A stretch of DNA of 64,000 nucleotides from Clostridia bacterium (GTDB lineage Bacteria; Bacillota; Clostridia; Peptostreptococcales; JAAYPU01): positions 33,628 through 97,627 of the forward strand of contig JANQMT010000105.1 in NCBI GenBank assembly GCA_028279945.1. Reading direction: 5' to 3'. A program made the position numbers and the translations under genes. Below are positions 32,453 through 41,617 of this stretch, piece after piece. Each line of letters opens with the position of its first letter. The stretch's first letter is position 1. The notes beneath the pieces were generated by a model. That model was not told where the DNA came from, did not search any database, and saw nothing but the letters and a program-made list of their open reading frames with translations.

Positions 32453-32659
32453 GTCATTATATTTTTTCAAGCTATCGGCAAAGGGAGCAGCGCTCCCCTT
32501 TTGGTTACGGCAAGACAATTATTATTTTTTATTCCAATTATATTAATTTTACCAAGATTTATAGGAGAAACAGGAGCTTGGCTTGCAATGCCTCTAGGAG
32601 ATTTGTTCACCATTCTGCTCAGTATCTTTCTTCTTATTAAAAGAATTCATAGTTTTTAA
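32453..32659 (+). pseudogene. C-terminal remnant of a MATE-family efflux transporter
   Basis: Frame 2 translation VIIFFQAIGKGSSAPLLVTARQLLFFIPIILILPRFIGETGAWLAMPLGDLFTILLSIFLLIKRIHSF. It opens right after a stop, has no start codon or SD, and begins 32 nt after the ABC gene stop. Confidence 0.55.
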
Positions 32660-32716
32660 TAGCAGAAAAACTAAAGATTATAGCAATGATAAGCTAATAG
32701 AAGAAGAATTTTGATG

Positions 32717-32730
32717 GTGATTAATTTCAC
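32717..32730 (+). promoter_or_regulatory. inverted repeat GTGA-N6-TCAC upstream of the peptide-transporter promoter
   Basis: gtgattaatttcac lies about 30 bp upstream of the -35. It shares the GTGAAAT word (reverse strand) with the boxes at 20269 and 20325. Confidence 0.25.
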
Positions 32731-32759
32731 AAATAGCATAATTGATTGATTGAATTATG

Positions 32760-32788
32760 TTGACAATGTAAATGGATTCTGATATAGT
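32760..32788 (+). promoter_or_regulatory. candidate sigma-A promoter of the peptide ABC operon
   Basis: TTGACA, 17-nt spacer, TATAGT. Confidence 0.55.
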
Positions 32789-32863
32789 TTTTTGTAAATT
32801 ACATAAGCTTTTGGAATTTTTTATTAGTGTTAAACTGTTAGATTATTATTGAAAACGATAATG

Positions 32864-32895
32864 AAGTCATTTCTGTATAGCAGAAGTGACTTTTT
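32864..32895 (+). terminator. terminator-like hairpin inside the 5' leader (possible attenuator)
   Basis: AAGTCATTTCTG / CAGAAGTGACTT 12-bp stem (one G-U) with a 5-nt loop and a TTTTT tract. Ends 5 nt before the AAGGAGG SD of the first gene. Confidence 0.45.
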
Positions 32896-32911
32896 CATTA
32901 AGGAGGATGAC

Positions 32912-33898
32912 ATGAGTTCACATGAGCCGCTATTGGATATACAAAAGTTAAGTGTAGAATTTAACACAAGTGAAGGGACCGTATATGCCGTCAATGAACT
33001 TAGTTATTCCTTGGAAGCAGGAGAGACACTTGGTATTGTTGGTGAAAGTGGGAGTGGAAAAAGTGTATCTTCATTAGGAATAATGAAGCTGATTCCTAAT
33101 CCGCCGGGAAAAATAGTTAAAGGAGAAATTCTTTATGACGGCAAGGATTTGGTGCAGATTTCAGAGAAAGAAATGAAAAAAATACGCGGCAATGAAATAT
33201 CCATGATTTTTCAAGAACCCATGACATCTTTAAATCCAATTATAACGTGTGGCAAACAAATTGCCGAATCCCTCATTCTTCATAGAGGTATGAAAAAGAA
33301 AGAAGCGATGCAGCATGCCATTGAGATGATGGAAAAAGTCGGAATTGCTAATCCTGTGCAGCGTGCTCATGAATACCCACATCAAATGTCCGGCGGAATG
33401 AAGCAACGTGTGATGATTGCCATGGCCCTAGCTTGCAGCCCGAAAATACTAATCTGTGATGAGCCAACGACAGCATTAGACGTTACAATTCAAGCACAAA
33501 TCCTTGATTTGATACGTCAGCTTAACAAAGAAACCGGAACATCTGTACTGATGATTACCCATGACCTTGGTGTTATAAGCGAATTGTGTCAACGCGTAAT
33601 CGTTATGTATACCGGTAGAATTGTAGAGGAGGCATCATCAGAGGATATATTCAAAAAGCCATTACATCCATATACCATAGGGCTGATGGGTGCAATTCCC
33701 AAAATCACTAAAGACCGACGGCCGTTAAAAACCATTGAAGGTGTTGTGGCGAATCCAATGGAAAAATTCACCGGATGTACTTTTTATCCAAGATGCCCCT
33801 ATGCAAAAGATATATGCCGGCAAAAAGAACCTCCACTGATCAATGTTACAAAAAAACGCAAAGTGAAATGTTGGAATTATAGTGGAAATGAGGAATGA
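32912..33898 (+). CDS. oligopeptide/dipeptide ABC transporter ATP-binding protein (OppD/DppD-like)
   Basis: Walker [17 protein letters not shown], and a C-terminal Cys-containing oligopeptide-NBD extension. ATG 32912 follows AAGGAGG. Confidence 0.9.
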   Translation: MSSHEPLLDIQKLSVEFNTSEGTVYAVNELSYSLEAGETLGIVGESGSGKSVSSLGIMKLIPNPPGKIVKGEILYDGKDLVQISEKEMKKIRGNEISMIFQEPMTSLNPIITCGKQIAESLILHRGMKKKEAMQHAIEMMEKVGIANPVQRAHEYPHQMSGGMKQRVMIAMALACSPKILICDEPTTALDVTIQAQILDLIRQLNKETGTSVLMITHDLGVISELCQRVIVMYTGRIVEEASSEDIFKKPLHPYTIGLMGAIPKITKDRRPLKTIEGVVANPMEKFTGCTFYPRCPYAKDICRQKEPPLINVTKKRKVKCWNYSGNEE

Positions 33899-34895
33899 GA
33901 TGAAACACTCACAAGTAAATGAAAATTTGTTGTTAAAAGCAAATGACGTAAAAATACATTTTAATGATAAAAACAATGGTAAATACATAGTAAAAGCAGT
34001 TGACGGAGTTGATTTAAATATATATCGTAACGAGATATTCGGGGTTGTAGGTGAGAGTGGCTGTGGTAAGAGTACGTTAGGAAGAGGCTTAATTCATCTT
34101 CTTCCTCTTACTTCCGGAAGTGTTGAGATTAACGGAAAGGATTTAACCACCTTATCTAAAAATGAACTGAAAAAAATGCGAAATAAAGTTCAAATTATCT
34201 TTCAAGATCCTTCGGCCTGTCTAAACCCTCGAAGAAAAATTATCGACATTTTGAAAGAGCCTTTTAAGATTCATGGCATAAGGGATCAGCAAGTCGTTGA
34301 AAAACGGATTGTTGAACTTGTTCAATTGGTTGGGCTTGCCCAGTATCATTTGAACCGATATCCCCATGAACTTTCAGGAGGGCAAAAACAAAGAATTGGC
34401 ATAGCCAGGGCATTGGCCCTTGAACCGGAGTTGATTATATGTGATGAAGCGGTATCGGCGCTGGATGTATCCGTACAAGCCCAGGTATTGAATCTTTTGA
34501 CAGAGTTAAAAGAAAAATTAGGATTAACATATTTTTTTATTTCCCATAATCTAAATGTGGTCTATCAGATAAGCGATCGTGTAGGTGTTATGTACTTAGG
34601 CCGGATGGTAGAAGTAGCAACCTATGAGAGTTTGTATGAACATCGCTATCATCCTTATACAGAAGCCTTATTATCAGCCATACCGCAAGTGGAGAAAGAA
34701 AAACAACAGGAACGCATTATTTTAAAAGGAGAAGTGCCAAGTCCCTCTGACCCGCCTTTAGGGTGTACTTTTCATACACGGTGCCCAAAAGCTTTTGAAC
34801 GCTGCAGTTTGGAAAGCCCCAAGACCTACGAGGTTGAGCCGGAACACTTTGTAACCTGTCATCTATATGAACAGATAATTCAATACAATATATAA
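33882..34895 (+). CDS. oligopeptide/dipeptide ABC transporter ATP-binding protein (OppF/DppF-like)
   Basis: Walker A GESGCGKST, LSGGQKQR, ICDEAVSALD. Overlaps the upstream gene. Confidence 0.9.
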   Translation: MEMRNEMKHSQVNENLLLKANDVKIHFNDKNNGKYIVKAVDGVDLNIYRNEIFGVVGESGCGKSTLGRGLIHLLPLTSGSVEINGKDLTTLSKNELKKMRNKVQIIFQDPSACLNPRRKIIDILKEPFKIHGIRDQQVVEKRIVELVQLVGLAQYHLNRYPHELSGGQKQRIGIARALALEPELIICDEAVSALDVSVQAQVLNLLTELKEKLGLTYFFISHNLNVVYQISDRVGVMYLGRMVEVATYESLYEHRYHPYTEALLSAIPQVEKEKQQERIILKGEVPSPSDPPLGCTFHTRCPKAFERCSLESPKTYEVEPEHFVTCHLYEQIIQYNI

Positions 34896-34947
34896 TTAAA
34901 AAATTATATAAGTAATCATTAATTGTAATAATGAGGAGGAGATAAGT

Positions 34948-36582
34948 ATGAGAAAGAAAAGTTTAGTTTTATTGTTAACAGTCCTTTTGGCTATGAGCTT
35001 AGTGGCTTGTGGTTCAAACCCTGCAGATGATGCAGGAGCCAGCGGCGGCGGGCAGGAAAGTGGCTCAACGCCGGAAGAAAGTTCAAATACCGTGGTAATA
35101 GCTATGGGTTCGGGTTTTTCTACTCTTGATCCTGCATATATGTATGAACAAAATCCTACATTAGTTGCAAATGCTTGCTATGAGACTCTTTTTAAATTTG
35201 TTGCAGGAAGTGATGAGCCTCAAGCCAGCTTGGCAGACACTTATGCCTTTTCAGAAGATGGATTAGCATTGACCATTACATTAAAAGAAGGTGCTGCTTT
35301 TGCCAGTGGTAATCCGGTGACCTCCGAAGATGTTAAATTCTCTTTGAACCGCACCAAAAATCTCAAAGGGAATCCATCTTTTATAGTAGATACAATTGAA
35401 AGCATCGAAACACCGGATGCCTCTACGGTTGAACTGATATTGAATGGTCCTGACAGTGCCATTTTATCAAAGCTTTGCTATGCTGCATGCAGTATTGTAG
35501 ACAGCAAAATTGTAAAAGAAAATGGCGGTACAGATGCTGAAGATGCATCCACTGCGGATACAGCTCAAAGCTACCTGGATTCAACAAGTGCCGGTTCAGG
35601 GATGTTTGTATTAAAAAGCTATACGCCGGATGAAGAAATTATCTTAGAAAAAAATAAAAACTATTGGGGCGATGCAACAAACGTAGATAAATACATCATC
35701 AAATTACAAGACAATTCAAATGCCCAAATGATGGGACTGTCAAGCGGGGATATTGATATTGCTTTAAATCTTACAGACGATACCGTTAGTGAGTTGGAAG
35801 GTAAAGACAATATCAGTTTAATCAATACACCCACAAAAACAGTCGGTTTTATTTTGATGAATATGGACGCGTCAATTGGCGGACCGGTTTCAAACACAAA
35901 AGTGCAGCAAGCCATAAAATATGCGGTGGATTATGAAGGTATTCAATTAATCTGTGGTTCAGGTTCATTGACACCAAAATCCATTATCCAAGTAGGCTTT
36001 ATGGGAAGCAAGGGTGCACTGGATGCTTCAACAGCAAGAGATTTAGATAAAGCAAAAGCATTATTAGCAGAAGCTGGGTATGAAAATGGATTTGATATTG
36101 ATTTGACAATGAGTGAACTTGATTTTGAAGGGGTTCCTTTGTTAGACTTGGCTCAAAAAGTAAAGGATGACCTGGCTGCAGTCAATATTAATGTCAACAT
36201 CGTTCAAAAAGATTGGGGTGCCGGTTACGGTGACGATTATCGTAATGGAGACTTGGCATGTACCATTATCTACTGGGGAATTGATTACAACGATCCAAAT
36301 GTTCAGTTAGTATTTTTACCTGGCAAAAAAGTAGGTCTTCGTGCGAATTGGACAGCAGAAGGGCATGAAGATTTAACAGCGCTATATGACCGTATTCTAT
36401 CAGAAACAGATAATGAAAAGCGTGGGTTGTTATTTGAAGAAGTTCAAGACAAATTAGAAGAGGAATCACCATTTGTTATGCTTGCTCAAGCAGCTTCTCA
36501 CGTTGGATATAATAGTCAACTTAGCGGGGTAAGTTTTTCTGATACCTATCGCATTGATGTAACTGAAGTGAATGTAAAATAA
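34948..36582 (+). CDS. ABC transporter substrate-binding lipoprotein, family 5 (peptide/nickel)
   Basis: Lipobox LVAC followed by GS. 544 aa SBP_bac_5-like protein. Confidence 0.88.
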   Translation: MRKKSLVLLLTVLLAMSLVACGSNPADDAGASGGGQESGSTPEESSNTVVIAMGSGFSTLDPAYMYEQNPTLVANACYETLFKFVAGSDEPQASLADTYAFSEDGLALTITLKEGAAFASGNPVTSEDVKFSLNRTKNLKGNPSFIVDTIESIETPDASTVELILNGPDSAILSKLCYAACSIVDSKIVKENGGTDAEDASTADTAQSYLDSTSAGSGMFVLKSYTPDEEIILEKNKNYWGDATNVDKYIIKLQDNSNAQMMGLSSGDIDIALNLTDDTVSELEGKDNISLINTPTKTVGFILMNMDASIGGPVSNTKVQQAIKYAVDYEGIQLICGSGSLTPKSIIQVGFMGSKGALDASTARDLDKAKALLAEAGYENGFDIDLTMSELDFEGVPLLDLAQKVKDDLAAVNINVNIVQKDWGAGYGDDYRNGDLACTIIYWGIDYNDPNVQLVFLPGKKVGLRANWTAEGHEDLTALYDRILSETDNEKRGLLFEEVQDKLEEESPFVMLAQAASHVGYNSQLSGVSFSDTYRIDVTEVNVK

Positions 36583-36606
36583 GAAAGTTGTGTAAAGAGG
36601 TGGATC

Positions 36607-37626
36607 ATGGAACACCTAAGATTTATTGCAAAACGATTGTTTTTACTCATAGTGATGCTGTTTGGTGTAGCTACAATCGTATTTATTCTGATACAAATTG
36701 TACCTGGTGATCCCGCTGTAGCCAATTTAAGTCAACGAAGTCTAAGCGACCCTGAAATTGTTGCGGCTTATAAAGAAAAACATGGATTAGACCGGCCTAT
36801 CGTCATGCAGTATTTTATTCACATAAAGAATGTGGCTCAATTTGATTTAGGAACATCTACAAGAACCAATAATGCAGTAATGGATGAATTAAAGCGCTGT
36901 TTTCCTGCCACAATTGAATTAGCAGGATTTGCCATTATTCTTGCTGCATTATTTGGAGTCTTTTTTGGAATTATCTCTGCAATGAAGCGTAATAGTATTA
37001 TCGATCAGCTGGTTCGAGCAATATCCGTTGTTGGCGTCAGCGTTCCCAGTTTCTGGTTCGCCTTGATTGCACTTTATATCTTTTATTTCAAATTACAAAT
37101 TCTCCCTGGGCCGGGGAGATTAAGTTCAAGCCTTTCGGCACCGGTATTAATAACAGGATTATACACCATTGATGCCTTGCTGGAAGGCGATATACAGAAG
37201 TTTTTTGATGCATTAAAGCATTTGATTCTGCCGGGCAGTGTATTGGCTGCCTTTACAATGGGACTTATAACACGGACAACCAGATCCAATCTGTTAGATG
37301 TGATGACCATGGACTATATCCGAACAGCTAAGGCAAAAGGTCTTTCCGGGATGAAGATGATATTTGGACATGCCCTTGGAAATGCACTGATTCCTGTGCT
37401 TACCGTTATCGGTTTGGGATTTGGGAACCTGCTTGGAGGTATGGTTCTGGTAGAAACCATATTCAGTTGGCCGGGGCTTGGACAGTTTGCTTTTAACTCT
37501 GTAAAAGCTTTAGATTACCCGTCAATAATAGGTGTCTCCATGTTAATTGCTTTAAACTATATCATTATCAATACCATAGTGGATATATTATATGGTGTTA
37601 TTGATCCGAGAGTGAGGTGTAAATAG
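36607..37626 (+). CDS. ABC transporter permease (OppB/DppB-like)
   Basis: BPD_transp_1 core with the EAA-like loop YIRTAKAKGLS. Confidence 0.9.
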   Translation: MEHLRFIAKRLFLLIVMLFGVATIVFILIQIVPGDPAVANLSQRSLSDPEIVAAYKEKHGLDRPIVMQYFIHIKNVAQFDLGTSTRTNNAVMDELKRCFPATIELAGFAIILAALFGVFFGIISAMKRNSIIDQLVRAISVVGVSVPSFWFALIALYIFYFKLQILPGPGRLSSSLSAPVLITGLYTIDALLEGDIQKFFDALKHLILPGSVLAAFTMGLITRTTRSNLLDVMTMDYIRTAKAKGLSGMKMIFGHALGNALIPVLTVIGLGFGNLLGGMVLVETIFSWPGLGQFAFNSVKALDYPSIIGVSMLIALNYIIINTIVDILYGVIDPRVRCK

Positions 37627-38462
37627 TGATAAAATCATTACTTAAATTAATGAAGTCGAATTATCTATTTACCCTAGGATGTATGATTTGTGTTTTTTGG
37701 ATTTTAGCTGCCCTACTGGCACCTATCATTTCATCTTACGATCCCATTGTACAAGATTTAACCGTTCGATTAAACGGACCAAGCATAGAACATTTGTTTG
37801 GAACAGATCATTTTGGACGAGATATTTTTAGTCGTGTCATCTATGGGGGACGGTATTCTTTACTGGCAGGATGCATTACGGTTATTCTTGCAGGAGCAAT
37901 AGGTTCTATTTACGGATCGGTAGCGGGCTATGCAGGTGGATATATAGATGATATTATGATGCGTATATCAGAAATGATTCTTTCATTTCCATCGTTAATC
38001 TTGGCAATGTGTATCAATGCAACGCTGGGTTCAAGCTTATTTAATACCATGTTTGCTCTGGTTATCGTAGCCTGGCCGTCTTATGCAAGACTGATGAGAA
38101 GTGTGGTATTATCCGTTAAAGAAAGAGAATTTGTTGAAGCGGCAAAAGCGTTAGGTGCTTCAAAATGGAGAATACTATTAACAGAAATAATACCTAACAG
38201 TATTGGCTCTGTGCTGATAATGGCAACAACCGATTTAGGTAATCAAATACTCATGTTTTCAACCTTGAGTTTCTTAGGACTTGGATCAGCACCGCCAACA
38301 CCCGAATGGGGTATGATGGTATCGGATGGGGTCAATTATTTTAATAAATTCTGGATTGCCGGATTCCCAGGGCTGGCTATTTTGACTATGGCTGTGGGGG
38401 CAAATTTTATTGGTGATGGATTAAGAGATCTTATGGATCCAAAGCTGAGAAAAAATTTTTAA
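37626..38462 (+). CDS. ABC transporter permease (OppC/DppC-like)
   Basis: GTG start overlaps the upstream stop. Contains the EAAKALGAS loop. Confidence 0.9.
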   Translation: MIKSLLKLMKSNYLFTLGCMICVFWILAALLAPIISSYDPIVQDLTVRLNGPSIEHLFGTDHFGRDIFSRVIYGGRYSLLAGCITVILAGAIGSIYGSVAGYAGGYIDDIMMRISEMILSFPSLILAMCINATLGSSLFNTMFALVIVAWPSYARLMRSVVLSVKEREFVEAAKALGASKWRILLTEIIPNSIGSVLIMATTDLGNQILMFSTLSFLGLGSAPPTPEWGMMVSDGVNYFNKFWIAGFPGLAILTMAVGANFIGDGLRDLMDPKLRKNF

Positions 38463-38551
38463 AGCAGCATAGAATGAGATTTCCAGGCATTTAACGAAAT
38501 TTTATTTTTTATATATGATGACAAAACAAAGCGGATAGGGGGGCGCCTCAG

Positions 38552-39631
38552 ATGGTGGAACATCGTGTCAAAAGAGTGGTTAATAAAATGAAAGATTTGG
38601 GATTAAGCCAATTGCTTATCAGCAATCCTTTATCCATTTATTATTTAACAGGCTATCTTGAACATCCGGGTGAACGATTTTTTGCCCTTTATCTCAATAC
38701 CAAGGGTGAACATAAGATATATGCCAATCAGTTGTTTTCATTGGAAGACGATTTAGGCATAGATATAGAATGGTATAGTGATACAGATGATATCATGAAA
38801 AAAGTAGCCAAGAATATGATATCAGATGATTTTCTGGGTGTTGATAACGAGTTGCCTGCGAAGTTTCTCATTCCTCTAATCAGATTATCGGCAGCTGTTG
38901 ATTACAAGTTAGGCTCCTATTGTGTGGACTATGTTAGAGGAATAAAAGATTTAGAAGAACAAGAAAAAATGAGAATAGTTTCTCATCTAAATGATTCAGC
39001 CATGGATAAGCTGAAAGACCTTGTCCAAGAAGGTGTTACCGAAAAAGAAATGGAAGCAAAGCTTCTTGATATTTATAAAAGCTTAGGTGCTGATGGATAT
39101 TCATTTGAACCTATAATAGCTTTTGGAGGAAATGCGGCTGTGCCCCATCATTTTCCGGATGAAAGTGTTTTAAAAAAAGGACAATGCATATTATTGGATA
39201 TAGGGTGTAAAAAAGATATGTATTGTGCAGATATGACCCGAACTTTTTTTTATAAAAGTGTGTCGGAGGAACATCGTAAAATATATACCTTGGTTCAAAA
39301 GGCTAATGAAAAAGCTATTGAAGCCATAAAACCTGGAATGAAATTAAAGGATATCGATAAAATAGCCAGAGATATTATTGATGAAGGTGGTTATGGAAAA
39401 TATTTTACCCATCGCTTAGGTCATTTTATTGGTATGGATGTCCATGAATACGGGGATGTATCTTGGAAGAATGAAAATCATGTAGAAGAAGGGATGATTT
39501 TTTCCATAGAACCGGGTATTTATCTGGAGGATAATCTTGGTGTTCGTATTGAAGATTTAGTTTTGGTAACATCTAACGGATGTGAACGATTGAATCAATA
39601 TCAAAAAGATTTGCAGATTATCGGGGCATAA
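38552..39631 (+). CDS. M24-family Xaa-Pro peptidase (PepP/PepQ-like)
   Basis: Creatinase-like N-domain plus pita-bread domain with metal ligands in LLDIGCKKDMYCADMTRTF, HRLGHFIGMDVHE, FSIEPGIY and VRIEDLV. Confidence 0.85.
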   Translation: MVEHRVKRVVNKMKDLGLSQLLISNPLSIYYLTGYLEHPGERFFALYLNTKGEHKIYANQLFSLEDDLGIDIEWYSDTDDIMKKVAKNMISDDFLGVDNELPAKFLIPLIRLSAAVDYKLGSYCVDYVRGIKDLEEQEKMRIVSHLNDSAMDKLKDLVQEGVTEKEMEAKLLDIYKSLGADGYSFEPIIAFGGNAAVPHHFPDESVLKKGQCILLDIGCKKDMYCADMTRTFFYKSVSEEHRKIYTLVQKANEKAIEAIKPGMKLKDIDKIARDIIDEGGYGKYFTHRLGHFIGMDVHEYGDVSWKNENHVEEGMIFSIEPGIYLEDNLGVRIEDLVLVTSNGCERLNQYQKDLQIIGA

Positions 39632-39673
39632 TATAATATCCCCAATGAAATATAGAAACGAAAGGGGATCTCA

Positions 39674-40258
39674 ATGAATCCTTATGCAATCATTACGATG
39701 AAGAACGGTGCGAAAATAATTATAGAGTTATTACCGGAAGCAGCCCAAAACACAGTCAATAGCTTTATAAATGCTGCTTCAGCAGGTGTTTATAATCAAC
39801 ATTCAATTGAACGTATAGTTCCCGGGTCATGGATTGATGCAAGCTATACGGCTTTCGGAAAGGAAGCTGCGAAATACTTGATTCCTTACGAAAGTGAGCT
39901 GCATCCTGAAATAGAGCCACAACCGGCCCACCTGGGTGTGATATGTATGGGTGGCTATGATGAATTAGGTTTATCCGGATGTGAATTCTTTTTTCCTTTA
40001 AGGGACTGTTCAGAACATAAAGGCATGTATCCTGTATTTGGCAAAGTCATTCAAGGGTTAGAAGAAATTATTCGCATATCAAAAGAGCCGGTAGTGCCTG
40101 TTACGGATTTTCCTTATGGCGACATTGAAATTAATCGACCCGTTAAGCCTCAAATTATAGAAAAAGTTGAATTGGAATTACATGGGTACATTTCGGACAA
40201 ACCAATCTTAAAAACAGACCAAATATTACCACCATGTTGGAAAGCTAACCAAATTTAA
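39674..40258 (+). CDS. divergent cyclophilin-like domain protein
   Basis: The Pro_isomerase-like layout is recognisable (ITMKNGAKIIIELLPEAAQNTVNSF, ERIVPGSW, FFFPL, VFGKVIQGLE). The central catalytic motif is altered. Confidence 0.6.
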   Translation: MNPYAIITMKNGAKIIIELLPEAAQNTVNSFINAASAGVYNQHSIERIVPGSWIDASYTAFGKEAAKYLIPYESELHPEIEPQPAHLGVICMGGYDELGLSGCEFFFPLRDCSEHKGMYPVFGKVIQGLEEIIRISKEPVVPVTDFPYGDIEINRPVKPQIIEKVELELHGYISDKPILKTDQILPPCWKANQI

Positions 40259-40343
40259 GCTTATAATTTGTAGACGTTGTGTAATAGATAAAATAGAATA
40301 TGGATGTATTTGGAGTGATATGATTAGAAAGTGAGATGAAACA

Positions 40344-40892
40344 ATGGAAGAAGAAGTACATGTTAAAATTAAAAAAATTAGAAAACAAAAAAACATGACA
40401 TTAAAAGATATGAGTGAAAAAACAGGTTTTTCCATTAGCTTTTTGTCTCAAATGGAAAGAGGTATTTCACCGATTACCATGGTGTCATTAAAAAAGATAG
40501 CATCTGCTTTGGATATACAGATGAAAAGTTTGTTTGAAGAAGAAGACTCATGTGAGGAATATTATCGAAGGGGTAATGATGCAGTTTTACTTGGATTGCA
40601 GCGAAATTATAAGTACTTTAAAATTTTGAGCGGACGCTTTGACAATCGTAAACTCGATAGTTTTTTTCTTGCAATGGATCCCAAGTCCACAGGATTTGAA
40701 GCCGGTAGTCATGAAGGAGAAGAGTTTTTTTATATTCTCAAAGGGTGCGCAACTTTTATTGTGGATGGTGAAAAACATGTCATCAAAGCAGGCGAATCTA
40801 TCCATTATCCGTCCACAAAATCTCACACAGTGTACAACCATGAAGATGAAGAACTGGAGATGTTGTGTATACTAACACCACTATTGTTTTAA
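40344..40892 (+). CDS. XRE-family HTH regulator with C-terminal cupin domain (paralog type of 19469..20020)
   Basis: HTH_3 (IRKQKNMTLKDMSEKTGFSISFLSQMERG) plus cupin (GEEFFYILKG, HYPSTKSH). Confidence 0.85.
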   Translation: MEEEVHVKIKKIRKQKNMTLKDMSEKTGFSISFLSQMERGISPITMVSLKKIASALDIQMKSLFEEEDSCEEYYRRGNDAVLLGLQRNYKYFKILSGRFDNRKLDSFFLAMDPKSTGFEAGSHEGEEFFYILKGCATFIVDGEKHVIKAGESIHYPSTKSHTVYNHEDEELEMLCILTPLLF

Positions 40893-41013
40893 TAGTTGGA
40901 TCAATAAGTTGGAAGAAGAGCATGAGTAATGAAATGCTATTTATGGGCTAATTTCATTTTGTATTGAAGATTGATAGATATATGAGGTTATGTGCATATA
41001 ATAATGATAGGAG

Positions 41014-41292
41014 ATGAGCGTGTTGTTAATAAAATCCTCTACGTCACTTAAAAATGACTATAATGAAATTTCAAAATATTGTAAAGAGAAAAAAGAACCT
41101 GTTTATTTAACGAAAAATGGAGAAGGGGATTTAGTTGTAATGAGTATAGATGCATTTGAAATGCGAGAAGAAATGCTGGATTTAAGACAGAAATTATTAG
41201 AAGGAGAGGCACAGAGATTATCAGGATGTAAGACTTTTACTATAGACGAAGTTAGAAATCGTTTAAAAGGATTAATGAATGAAGAACTATAA
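41014..41292 (+). CDS. type II antitoxin, Phd/YefM family
   Basis: About 90 aa with a PVYLTKNGEGDLVVMSIDAFE core. Overlaps the toxin gene by 14 nt. GTG 41020 is an alternative start. Confidence 0.75.
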   Translation: MSVLLIKSSTSLKNDYNEISKYCKEKKEPVYLTKNGEGDLVVMSIDAFEMREEMLDLRQKLLEGEAQRLSGCKTFTIDEVRNRLKGLMNEEL

Positions 41293-41590
41293 TGTTAGGT
41301 TTTTACAACCTGCACTTGATGATCTCGAAGAAATCGTATTATTTATTGCAAAGGATAGTATAGAGGATGCATTAAAGTTCCATGACCAAATGATAGAGAA
41401 TGCGCATAAACTCGTAGGATTTTCAAAATTAGGAAGATTGGTACCAAACAAAAAGATTAGTTCATTAGGCTTTAGGGTGTTACAGATATCTTCATATATA
41501 ATTTTTTATAGAGTCATGGATGAAGGTGTTATAATCTATAGGGTCATACATGGTGCAAGAAATTATCCAATGTTATTGAAACACTGTTAA
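41279..41590 (+). CDS. type II toxin, ParE/RelE family
   Basis: 103 aa. N-terminal ALDDLEEI and C-terminal IIYRVIHGARNYP, typical of ParE-like toxins. Confidence 0.75.
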   Translation: MKNYNVRFLQPALDDLEEIVLFIAKDSIEDALKFHDQMIENAHKLVGFSKLGRLVPNKKISSLGFRVLQISSYIIFYRVMDEGVIIYRVIHGARNYPMLLKHC

Positions 41591-41617
41591 CTTTCATGCA
41601 CCCTTCTCGTTTATTTT

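Noticed and set aside
32410-32640. 76-aa ORF from the track, overlapping the stop of the ABC gene.
   Set aside because: It has no SD and an unconvincing sequence. A different frame of the same DNA (32453..32659) gives a clear MATE C-terminal remnant, which better explains the open frames here.
32849-32911. Upstream in-frame extension of the first peptide-transporter ATPase.
   Set aside because: A strong AAGGAGG lies 5 nt before ATG 32912. The extension would cover a terminator-like hairpin and adds non-conserved residues.
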